Positions 25,601-37,600 of a DNA stretch of 64,000 bases are shown piece by piece. The stretch lies in assembly GCA_043228905.1 (NCBI GenBank), contig JBHGNT010000011.1:9238001-9302000 (forward strand). Reading direction: 5' to 3'. Below the pieces are notes generated by a model, which had not been told where the DNA came from, did not search any database, and saw only the letters and a list, made by a program, of their open reading frames with translations. Position 1 is the first letter of the stretch; the number at the start of each line of letters is the position of its first letter. Both the position numbers and the translations under genes were made by a program. Source of the stretch: Azolla caroliniana (lineage: Eukaryota; Plantae; Polypodiophyta).

Positions 25601-28600
25601 AATGCCATGATGATGTCCTAGGTGAACATTTTGGCGTTGCAAAAACTTTGGAGTTAATCTCTAGAAGTTATTGGTGGCCACAACCTTGAAACTTGTTAAA
25701 AAATTCGTGAAAACATGTGATACATGTGCTCGCTCCAAAGCAGTACATCATCGTCCCTACGGTCTACTTCAACCTCTGCCAATTCCAAATAGGCCATGGG
25801 CCTCCATCTTGACGGATTTTATCACCGACCTTCTTGACATTGAAGGATTCAATTCAGTATTGATGGTGGTTGATAGGTTCACAAAGATGGCGCATTTTAT
25901 TCCATGTTCTAAAGCAATTTCAGCGATGGAAACAACAGATCTATTGTTAACGAATATTGTGCGCCTTCACAATTTACTGGATGACATTATCTTTGATCGC
26001 GGTCCCCAATTTATGTCTCATTTATGGAAACGCCTCTTCCAGACTCTTGGAACTTCCACAAAATTTTCGACAGCCTTCCATATCCTGAGACAGACAGACA
26101 ACGGAACGAGTAAATCAGATCTTAGAGCAATATCTCCGATGTATGATAAGTTATCAACAAGATGATTGGATCAAATTTCTTCCAATGGCTGAGTTCTCCT
26201 ACAACAATACTCTCCACACATCAACTAGCGTAACACCCTTCTTCGCAAATGATGGGTTCCACCCATGCTTTAGCATAGCTATCTCTGCTGGTTCTGTGAA
26301 TCCATTTGCTGAAGAACGAGCTCGTCTGATGAAAGAAGTGCATCATGACCTATCCCTAGAACTCTCCATTGCTCAAGAATGACAAAAAGAGAAGGCTGAT
26401 TGACATCGGCGGGCTGCACTTGGTTTTAAAGTTGGTGACATGGTCTGGCTATTACGTTGGCATATTCCGACAACTTGCCCATGCAACAAACTTGATTACA
26501 GAAAGTTGGGTCCGTTCCGCATCATTGACAAAGTCAACCCTGTGGCTTTCCGTCTTGCTCTTCCATCACACTACCGAATTCACAATGTCTTCCATGCATC
26601 GCTTCTTGAGCTCTATCATCCATCCTCAATTCTAGGAAGAAGCATCGAGCCACCCTCCCCTTGTGGCTTTGGCGACTGGGGATGAGTACGAAGTCGAGAC
26701 CATTCTAGACTCGCGCAAGAGCTGACGGAAGCTCCAATATTTGGTCTTGTGGAAAGGATATCCCATCTCTGAGGCCACATGGGAGCCCGCTATAAATTTA
26801 CTCAATGCCCCGGAAGTGGTTTGTAGAGAATCTAACTCTAGTAGAGTTTAGTATTCAGAAGCGTAGTGTGTGTGAGAGAGCGAGAGTGAATGTATAAGCA
26901 AGAGAAGGAATTACAGAGAATAACCAGAAAAATAAGAAAACATAGAGTAGGGGGATGACAACTTATGCACTTAAGAGAGCTATATTAATTATCTAAAGAT
27001 CATCAACTAAACTAAATGGCCAAAGGGGGTTTTATATACAAGTCCTCAAGGGACTGCCCTAATAAATGTGTTGGTGGAATCTAACCAAGATATCCACTTG
27101 AGTACGATTTTGTCATAAGAATATCTAATATTCTTTGACCACACTAACACTCGACAACTACATGGATTACAATAAAGTGTGCTCACACACTTTTTCACAC
27201 ATCGTCCTTTTCTTCATAAGCACATGTTCACAAGTTGAGCTTGATTCTCAACATGCCCCCTCAAGGTCAATTGTGTCCTCTTAAGCTTGGTTGTCTTGGT
27301 GTAGTTGAAGACCCAATTGCAGTTGGTCGGACTACTAGACCGTGGTTTTCCCATTGTTCCTATGTACTCGATCTTGATCTAGCAATGTCGATCTTGCCAA
27401 TCCAAAATTTCGAGCTTCAAAAATTCCGGGCTTTGGAAAGTCTTCCTCTAACATGCCGGGTCAAGTCGGATTAGATGTGCCGGCCTTACTTTGCCGGTGC
27501 GGGTCTCACTCTTCCTCTTGTATCGTGTTGATTCTCCATGTTTTCCTTCGTCTTTGTACTTTTACTCTCCCCCAAGCTTAGCAAATCGAGTGGTCTAAGG
27601 CCTAGATCCATTGAGAATTGCCGTAGCTTGTCGAGACGTAGCGCCTTAGTGAAAATATCAGCCACTTGCATGTTGGTGCCAATGTATTGGAGGTCAATGT
27701 CGCTGGCCAATATACGCTCACGGATGTAATGATAGTGCACCTCTATGTGCTTAGTCCGGGCATGAAACACCAGATTCTTTGTGAGTTGGATGCTGCTGAG
27801 ATTATCGCAATGGATCAGTATTGGCTTGTTCACCAATTCGTTGAAGTCTTTCAGCTGTATTTTAAGCCATACAGCTTCGCAAGCAGTTACAGCTGCGGCC
27901 CTATACTCTGCCTCAGTGCTCGATAGAGCGATTGTTGGTTGTTTCTTGCTGCTCCAAGAGACTGCGCCACTACCAAGTGAAAACATAAATCCCGAAGTGG
28001 ATCGCCTATCAGATGCATTGCCTGCCCAATCAGCATCCGTGAAGCCTTCGAGTCGAAGTGGTGCTCCACGCTTATAGAAGATACCATAATTAAGTGTTCC
28101 ACTAATATAACGTAACACTCGCTTAGCACAATCCATGTGAGTGTCGCAAGGGGTTTCCATGAATTGGCTAAGAACCCTGACCGGATAGCTGAGGTCTGGT
28201 CGGGTGATAGTTAAGTAGATAAGACTCCCAATTATTTGGCGATACTGTGTCGGCTCACAGAATTTTCTAGAATATGTTGTTAGCTTCATATTTCGATCAA
28301 GGGGTATCGAGATGGACTTACATTCAGTCATTCCGAACTTGTAGAGCAAGTTCAGCACATAGTGTTGTGAGAGTAGGAACTGTTCTGGAGTTTGAATGAC
28401 CTCGATGCTGAGAAAATAATGTAAGTCATTCAGATCCTTCATCTCAAACTTCTGCAAAAGCAGCTTTTTAATCTTTTGTGTCTCGGGGAGGCTTTCTCCA
28501 CCGATGAAAAGGTGATTGACATACAAGATTAAGAAGATGGGGCTTTTGGGATTGTTTTGAACATACAATGAGTTATCAAATTTTGACATCCGGAAGCCAA

Positions 28601-31600
28601 TGCCGTGAAGATATGATGTGATCTTTGAATGCCATGCTCTTGGAACTTGCTTCAGTCCATAGAGCGGCTTCTTCAATCGGCAAACTGCATCTGGATGTTT
28701 GTTTGATTCGAAGCCAGGTGGTTGCATCATGTAAACTTCCTCCTCGAGCTCACCTTGGAGGAATGTGTTCTTCACATCCATTTGATGCAAGTGCCATCCG
28801 TTCACTGCCGCGAGAGCAATTACTGTCCTTACAGTGGTCATTTTTGCCACCGGGGCAAATGTCTCGTAGTTTATGCCATGGGTTTGAGCATACCCTTTGG
28901 CGACTAGCCGAGCCTTGAACCGATTGACCGTGTGAGAAAAGCTGTTAATAGCAGTAGTGGAAGAGTTAGAACAAAATAGACACAGCCAAGCTATGAGAAG
29001 GCTGTTAGACAACAGTAGAAAAAATGGTTGCAAAGAGTAGAGACACAGCCAAAGAGTTGTGCTTGTTTCTAAGTAGCAGCAGAAAATAATCTTATTACAA
29101 AAGAGGCTGGTATAAGCCTATTTATACAAAATTGGGAATGGTTGTTTGGTAGTTAAGAGACTCTTGTGCTACCAAACAGGTACAATAAACTAGGAATAAA
29201 AAGGGAATATCTTGGAAAAAGTGGAAGAGACAAAAGGCATTTAAAGCATTGCAGATTCTAGAGAGAGAAGGCATTTAAAGAGTTGTAGATTCTAGAGAGA
29301 GAAGAATCTGGGAAGAGAGAATGTAGTACAGAGATAATAAAGTTGAAAGAGAGTGCAGGTCTGGAGCTGCCACCCTCCAACAGACCATGCCATCCGTATT
29401 ATGCTTTATCTTGAACACCTAGCGGCAACCAATTGGCTTTTTCTTGATTTCAGAGGATAGGACTAAATCCCAAGTATCGTTGTCAAACAATGCGCGCATC
29501 TCCTCCCTCATTGCCTCGATCCATCGGGGATCTTGGGCAACTTCTTTGTAAGTCTCGGGTTCTTGGTCTACTGCGACCTTCATCATGAATGCATAGTGGT
29601 GGGCCATGTACTCATTGTACCTGAACCTAACTATCGGGCTCTTTTGTCGGTTCGATTGACGGAGTTTTCCTTTGGTCATTTCCGGGGTCTTCTTCATTTC
29701 ATACTTGCTGTGGACTGATCGGGGTGAATGATCTGAGTCTTCACTAGATGTCATGTCCTTGGCCTCTTGCCCTTTTTTTTCTTTTTACGGGTGTAGCACC
29801 AAGGTGACAGCACATCAAAGGTTTCTTCATGCTGTGCAAGACTCTGATTGCTGGATGACACCTCAGGTGCAGTCAGCTGGAGTGTGGGCAGACTCTCTGC
29901 TGGTTCTCTACCCATAATGGTCATTAGCATCTCTGCTTCTTCACTCTGAGAATCTGCTCCAGATCTGCTTGTTTCGAGCACGGTGGGGGTCGCTGATGTT
30001 GGGCCATACCATGATGTCACCTCATCAAATACCACATCTCGGCTTACTCGTGACTGTCGAGTGATGGGGTTAAAACACTTGTAACCCTTTTGCTCAAGTG
30101 AGTAACCGACAAAGATCATCTTCTCCGATTTTGGGTCAAGCTTTCTCCGCTTCTCATCGGGTACATGCACAAATGCAATGCTGCCAAAAACCTTCAAGTG
30201 TGAAAGGTTTGGTCTGGCTTTGTCCCAAAATACTTCTCGTGAGGGGTGATGTCATGGACACCCTCGGTTGTGCACCTATTGATGAGATACACAGCCATAA
30301 CTGCTGCCTCTGCCCAATAGATCTTGGGCATGTTCTTCTCATGCAACATGGTGTGGGCCATCTCAAGAATTGTGCGATTCTTCTGCTCAGCAACACCGTT
30401 TTGCTGTGGTGTGTACCGGCAAGAGAATTCCCGGTGAATCCCCTTCTCTTCTAGAAAGTCCTTGAACTTAGTTGAGAAGTATTCTTGGCCACCATCAGAC
30501 CGTAAGCATCGAATCTTGCGATTCGTCTCATTTTCCACGCAATTCTTTAACTTGAGAAAGTGGGAGAAGACCTCACTTTTCGACTTCATTGGGCATATCC
30601 AAGTATGCCGCGGATAGTCGTCAATGAAGGTAACGAAGTATCTACACCCACCAATTGTCGATGTTTAAGCTGGGCCCCATACATCTGAGTGGATGACGTC
30701 TAGCAAGGCTTTACTCACATTTCTTTCGCTTAGGAATGGATGCCTATGTTGCTTGCCTAGTTGGCACGCCTCACATAACATTATCAAGATGTTTCGAAGT
30801 AAATCGTGGCAATCCGTGCACAACCCCTTTTGTTTGCATTGATCGGAGTTTACCGAGGTTTACATGGCCAATCCTTTTGTGCCACAACTCAATATCAGAC
30901 TCCGCCTTGTGTCCCTTTGCATACATTGCTGTGTTCACCTCAGTTGCATCAAGAATAAACATGCGACCTTCTCTCCTTGCATGAGCGATAAGTTGGCCTT
31001 TATCCTTGATGAAGCAACCTTCCTGGTTGAATCGCACTTGCATTCCTTGTTCGACAATTTGGCCAACCGAGACCAAATTCTTTGTGATTGTCGGGACATG
31101 CAATACATCCTTCATGTAGCCCTTGTTGTCGTGATTGTTAAGGGCCACATCTCCAATGTGCTCAATCATGTGTGTGGAGTCATCACCGGTCTCCACCACG
31201 CCAGGTCTCTCGGGTTCCCTCAAATTCATGAACCATTCTTGATGACTTGTCATGTGATTTTAGGCACCTGAGTCCACGAACCATACATCATCAGGTTGGG
31301 AAACACTTGTTATCATGCTATTCTCTTGGTGTCAAACATCGGCGCTTTGTTTTCTAGGTCAGCCATCACAGCATAGTTTGTTTGCTGCTGGGGTGAGGCA
31401 GCTGAGTCATTCTTCTTCTTCCGACACTCGGCTTCAAAGTGGCCAGGCTTTCCACAATACCAACACTCAGTTTGCTGGTTCTGCCTGGTTGATGCAGGCT
31501 GGTGGAAGCTCCCCTTTTTGCCGGAATTCCCTCGGCTGTTTCGACCTTCTTGCTGCCTGGAATTAAACTGTTGTGGATGTCGTACACCTCTTCAACGGCC

Positions 31601-34600
31601 ATTCCTCCCCCAATTTCCACGACCACGACCGTGACCTCGACTGAGATCATCATGTGTATATAGCATCTGCCCATCAGATGCTGTGCTTTTCGACCGTGTA
31701 TGGTTCTCCTCAACCATTAGCATGGATTGCAAGTCGAAAAATCTTGGGGGGTTCTCCCTTGTTGTTATGGTAGTTCGAAATGAGCCATATTTTTGTGCAA
31801 GGTCGCCAAGACAGATATGCACCATCTCGTCATCATCAATGGCAACATTGATGGAGCCAAGTGAATCGCATAAGTCTTTGATCCGGAGGGTATAGTCCGT
31901 CACGGACATATCCCCCTGCCGAATATTGTTCAACTCCTGCCGGAGTTGAAGTTTTCTCGCTGTGGTTGAAGCAACGAAAATCTTCTTCAAGTTTTTCCAC
32001 GCTTTTGTTGGGGCTTTTGCATCTCGAATATAGCTTAACATGTGATCTTGCACACATGTTGCCAAATAATACATTACACATGTTGCCATATGGTGTAGTT
32101 GGGACTTGTAATATTGGGGGCTGTTTCTTGAGCTTCCTTGATATAACTCCAATACCCTTGCCCAACTTAGTATTGCTGCATCTTATATTCCCAAGATGCG
32201 TAGTTGTGCTTGTCCAACTTCTCTGTTGGAAGTGCGCTACCCATTTGTGCATTCATCTCTCTGATTTAGCTTGATTCGTGTGCTCCTGTTAACGTGAGCC
32301 TCTTGCCGTGCAACACTACACCGATGATAGCTGGTTTGAAACAACATCTCTAGCTGCTCACACAGTTTCAATAGTAGAGCTCAGTGAAGGATCTCTAACC
32401 CTCATGCTCTGATACCATGTAAAGAATCTAACTCTAGTAGAGTTTAGTATTCAGAAGCGTAGTGTGTGTGTGAGAGAGCGAGAGTGAATGTATAAGCAAG
32501 AGACGGAATTACAGAGAATAACCAGAAAAATTAAAACACACACAGTAGGGGGATGACAACTTATGCACTTAAGAGAGCTATATTAATTATCTAAAGATCA
32601 TCAACTAAACTAAATGGCTAAAGGGGGTTTTATATACAAGTCCTCAAGGGACTGCCCTATTAAATGTGTTGGTGGAATCTAACCAAGATATCCACTTGCG
32701 TACGATTTTGTCATAAGAATATCTAATATTCTTTGACCACACTAACACTCGACAACTACATGGATTACAATAAAGTGTGCTCTCACACACTCGACAACTA
32801 CACGGATTACAATAAAGTGTGCTCTCACACACTCGACAACTACACGGATTACAATAAAGTGTGCTCTCACACACTCGACAACTACATGGATTACAATAAA
32901 GTGTGCTCACACACTTTTTCACACATCGTCCTTTTCTTCATAAGCACATTGAGCTTGATTCTCAACATGGTTCGTGATTTTTATCTCCGATATCCTCACA
33001 AACCCGGACCTTCTTGAAGCCGGCGCGTAACGGGAGGATAATGTCATGAACATTGACTCAAATTTTAGCATGAGGTCCTTGTATATATATATTTCTCCTA
33101 GACAAACTCAGTATAAACCTTTGTATAAAGGGTGGTATGTAAGACTCAGTATGCTGGATTGAGTATGTAAGACATGGCATGAGCATGCTTATCACGCATC
33201 ACTACATGTATAAAAAGGGTTGATCTCCCTTGTTAACATCAAGGAAATCAACACCAGTCATGGAATAGATATTCTTACTCATTGTCATCAACTTCTCCAT
33301 CTCTCTATCTCATCAACTTCCCCATCTCTTTATCTTCCAATTGTTCATTCGTGACCGTCTAGCAGCCTTCTCACAGCTTGGCTGTGTCTAATTTGTTCTA
33401 ACAATTACTCCGTTGCTGCTATTCAGAGTTTTTCTCACAAGGGTTAGATACATATGGGTGCATGCCCCTCAAGCCATCCACACATATCATTCACTCACAC
33501 CCTTTCCTATCTATCCACATGCACACACATGTGCATGTATTCACATTCTCATATACTCACACTCACACTCACACTTGTTCTCGTGCACATTATACATTCA
33601 CACAATACCACTATAGTCTTTCACCCTCATAATGCTTATCAATCTCTGTACATCTCGTACGGTAACAATCACTGTTGTGTTTCTCATAAAATAAGAGGGA
33701 GATACTATTGCCTCTTTAAACAAGGCTTTGGTCCACTATGCAAGTTAATGGAATGAGAACCAAGGATTCTAGAACTCAAGATAAAGACAGAGAAAAGCTG
33801 TTGAAGGAAGGACAAGCAGCCACACAAGCTCCTCAACAAAGAGTGATCACAACTTTCTTTAGATTCATCACTACTCATGCTACAAGTCAATCAAGGGCTA
33901 CACAACGGGCTGTCGACCAGGACATAACAGAAGGCGATAACAATGTCATGCATTGGGGCCCCATGTACCACGATCTTACCACCCTTGTCATTGACACATA
34001 AAGGCCATTATCTCCCGCCATCACAAGTGCTTCCCTTGCTCCGGAGATCTCCATTCTGGATTGACCTATGCTAGAGATCTATCAAAGAAAAAAGTTATAA
34101 TATATCTAACTTGAGAATCTTACATGGACCTATAACAAGATTCTTTAGTCTCTTTTTAGTTTATTTACTTTTTTTAGTAAGTAACATTGATTTATTTTGA
34201 TTTGTTGTTCTCAAAGATGAGACAACACTTAATATGTAATCTCTTGTTTGGTCTTATAGGCCATTTTAGCCTCTTAAAAGATGTTGATATCTCTTTCTTT
34301 CTGTTTCTCCATTTCTGAAATGGTGGGCAATTTAGTTTAGATTGATGTAGGAAATCCGCCACACTCTACAATGATTTGTCTTTCCATGCTCTGTTAGTTC
34401 ATTAGCAATGTCATGATGCTTTTGTGTTATGATATGAAAACCAACTAAAATCACATCGACAATTTCTCCATTTTTGAAATGGTAGTAAACTATGTACAGA
34501 TTGATATAGGAAATCCTAATACGTTTCATTGATCATCTTTCCATCCTCTACTAGTTAAGTGGCACTGTTGTGATTCTTTTGATCCATGATATGAAAACCA

Positions 34601-37600
34601 GCAGAAATCACGCATTTGTAAATAAATTGAGGGAATATGTTTCGAACCTTGTACATCAACATTATGAATCGTTGTAACTACCTATGAGATAATAGCTATA
34701 AGCATTAGATATTCCTTTTGAGTACCACCTAGATAAAGGAAAAGACAAACTAACATGGGACATCAAGCATGCGTGCCACGTGGTAGCATGTGCTTACACA
34801 TTCCTAGCTGTGGTATCTTAGGCACCTATATAATGCATTTCTTTTAGAAGCAATTTTCTTAAGGGGAAGGGGTCATAGGGAGACATTTGGCAGATGTAAC
34901 TCCTATTGAATTTGAAAGAATTGATTTTACTAAACGTTTTCAACTTCTATCTGAGTTTTGTTTATGTCTCTTGTAGAATTCAAACCTCGAACCTCTTCTC
35001 TGTAAAACAATTGACTTCTATTTTGTTATATGATTTTCGTCATGATTTAAATCTTAACTTCTCTATATGATATCATTTCTATACCTTTTGTTTCGATATT
35101 ACTCTAGTTCGTTTAATCTTTCCAGCTGTGAATAGAGGCCCTGCTCCTGTTCACAAGCATGCATCACACTGTTTCGACAATGTTAGTATCGAGTCCTTAC
35201 TTCTAGGTTGCTATATATGACAAGGTCCATCAATTTTGTATAGAACAATTTTAGTATAGTACTTTATGAGACACACTCACACTCAGTCTATTAAGATTTG
35301 TATTTATTCAAATCTTCCAATATTGTTGTTCTTGCATTTATATGTAATGATCTACAGAAAATGTTTTTAAAAAATAAGAAAGTAATTCAAATCGAGTTTC
35401 TAAAGTTGAAAACTATCTTCAAGTGATTCAAAAGCACAGTTATGCATTCCATCTTAATCATTGCACGCTGTACACAAGGTTCTTACTTTCGTGTTACTTT
35501 TCTTAGATAACGTGAATGGAGCATTCCAGTGTGCTGCTATACGGGAGAAACTCAAACAGATGAAGATACATCTCAGTTCATATGAGCCAGGCGGGCAAAG
35601 AAAAACACTTTGTCCCATGGTTTGTGCAATTACTCCCTGACATTACATTGTTTTTGACAGTTATTTCATGCTTTTACCAATTAAGTTTCTGAGAATTGTT
35701 TCTAGTGTGGAGGGGGACAATCTGGTGAGCGGAGCCTTTCTGTCCATATATCTGATGATGGGTGAGTATTGTTCCTTTGCTTACTCTAAACATTGTAATA
35801 CCTATCTATTAAATGATCATATTCTGGATGTCATGTTTTAGCTACTTTGCAAAATGGAACTGTTTTCGAGGAAAATGTGGCTGGAAAGGCTATACTGAGG
35901 TAAACAAGAAGAAACTCTTCTTTGTCAATATTGTAGTATGACATAACATCTTACTTATGTGTCTTTACAGACAAGGAAGGGTATGCGAGCAAGTTATGAA
36001 GAACGAAAATCTTTTGGAGAAGTAAAAAAGGGGCCCATTGAAGAAGGCGTCCATCTACAAGATCTATCACCAGCGGTATGCTGTGGAAAATATGATATTA
36101 ACTTGTTGACATGTGCTGATGTATCTGTTTTGGGAGCAAGGAAGACTTATGTACCTGCATAGGATTGTTAGGTAGTCATTAGTTGTTTCATGTATTAATG
36201 TTGTGACTCTTATCCCAGCTCATTGCTTATATCTTTGTTCACATGCTTGTAAAGTGTGATGTGCTATTAATCCATTGCTTTCATGTTCTGACTTGTACAT
36301 CGGATATCTCTCTTGGACAGTTGTTCTATGGTTACAATATAAACCACTGTGCATTTATTCTATGAGGCTGTTCTTTTAGACCCAATCTTCATGATTACCA
36401 ATACCAGATGATCTCGAGACAACTTGGATATTTTGCTTTCAAAGGAGAGATGCTGTAATTATAGACATAATTTTCTTGTACAATTGCTTGTATTTGGAAG
36501 ATTCTAGGTAGTGAGATTGCTTCCACAGCTACTCTAGTAAATGTATGGGCATGAGCTCATTTGTACCCTGAGTCAATGAGATGCTTCTGTTGGATCACCA
36601 AGGACGAGACGAAAAAAGGCAGATTGTTGAGTATAATGGCACAGGAGTACTCCATTGTATGTTTATGGAAGCCCTTTAACACTATAAGTCTCTTAAGAGC
36701 TTCTAGGACATATTTGGGTCACTTGGCCAATATGAATTGGGTCAATTTCCCTAAAGTCACATTCTAATAAAACAACATTCTTTTGACCCTATAACATTTT
36801 AACTTGGGGGTTTCAAAAACCTATGCATATCTTCTCCCTCTTCTTCGCTATTTTCTCTGTATCTCAGCCATTTTCTCTCCTGTCATTCTTGTTCCAAAAC
36901 CACCACTACATAAATGAATTGGTCTTGATCTCCTCTTTTCAATTGGTATCAAAGCTAAGCTATATCTCTTGCAACAGAAGTCCACAATCAAAAGAGTGTT
37001 ATTGCTGATTCAATTCCCCAAGGACATGGAGGTTCTTGGAGAATTCCCATCACTTGAACAAGGAGGCTCCTTGACCACTGGCTGAAGAAATTATTGATAT
37101 GAGAATTATGCTGCATGGCAATCTGATTGTTTTGGACAGTTTATATTCTGCCCCATTTCCTAACGTAAAATGATATGTAGACTTAAAATTGTTCATATGG
37201 ACGTATTGAAAATAATAGTTTGCTGATATTAGAATTAATGCTGTAGCAACAAACTTATTTTCGTAACCGAGGGATAACAATAGAGACCTTGAATCGCAAT
37301 GGAGTAAAACAACAACGTAAAGGTGAAAATGTAAGTGAAGCTCATTTAATTTTCCAACCATGCTTAGTGTGCTATATTTCCTTTCGTCTCATTTGATTAA
37401 TGGGCACTCTAATAAATTTTACTGTTTCTTAATTGCTAGAGCATGCTTGTATTCCCTTATCGAGAAGTTGGGGAAGTTGTTGGCTTCCGAAACTATACAT
37501 GCCACCTAAATTTCGAAGAGGTTGGTATCTTAATAACTTTGTGTACAGAGAGAGGCAGAGAATGGAAATGTTATATTAACATCTTTGTACCAAAGTGACA

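Larger units (their letters stand above)
26822..32967 (-). mobile_element. Full-length Copia with both LTRs (26822-27253 and 32418-32967) and 5-bp TSD
   Basis: TSD TGGTT at 26817-26821 and 32968-32972; TG...CA LTRs; PBS TGGTATCAGAGC 32406-32417; PPT beside 27254; gag-PR-IN-RT-RH order with frameshifts; RT YVDD changed to YVNH. Confidence 0.96.
24367..33439 (+). mobile_element. Chromovirus (Ty3/Gypsy) remnant with RNase H, integrase, chromodomain, PPT and 3' LTR (33042-about 33439), interrupted by a Copia
   Basis: LPEHRPYDCPIDL; most of RT deleted near 24.76 kb; ASDFAIGAILSQ, YDKELSAI, HFGVAKT, DRGPQF, KLGPFRI; chromodomain EYEVETILDSR...YLVLWKGYP..EATWEP...EVV|RDFYLRYP split at 26821/32973; GGGAGGATAA|TGTCATG. 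Confidence 0.9.

Noticed and set aside
32745-32912. Regular repeat resembling a CRISPR array, or a repeat protein (ORFs 32644-32922, 32733-33017)
   Set aside because: Units are contiguous with no unique spacers, lie inside an LTR, and no cas genes are present.
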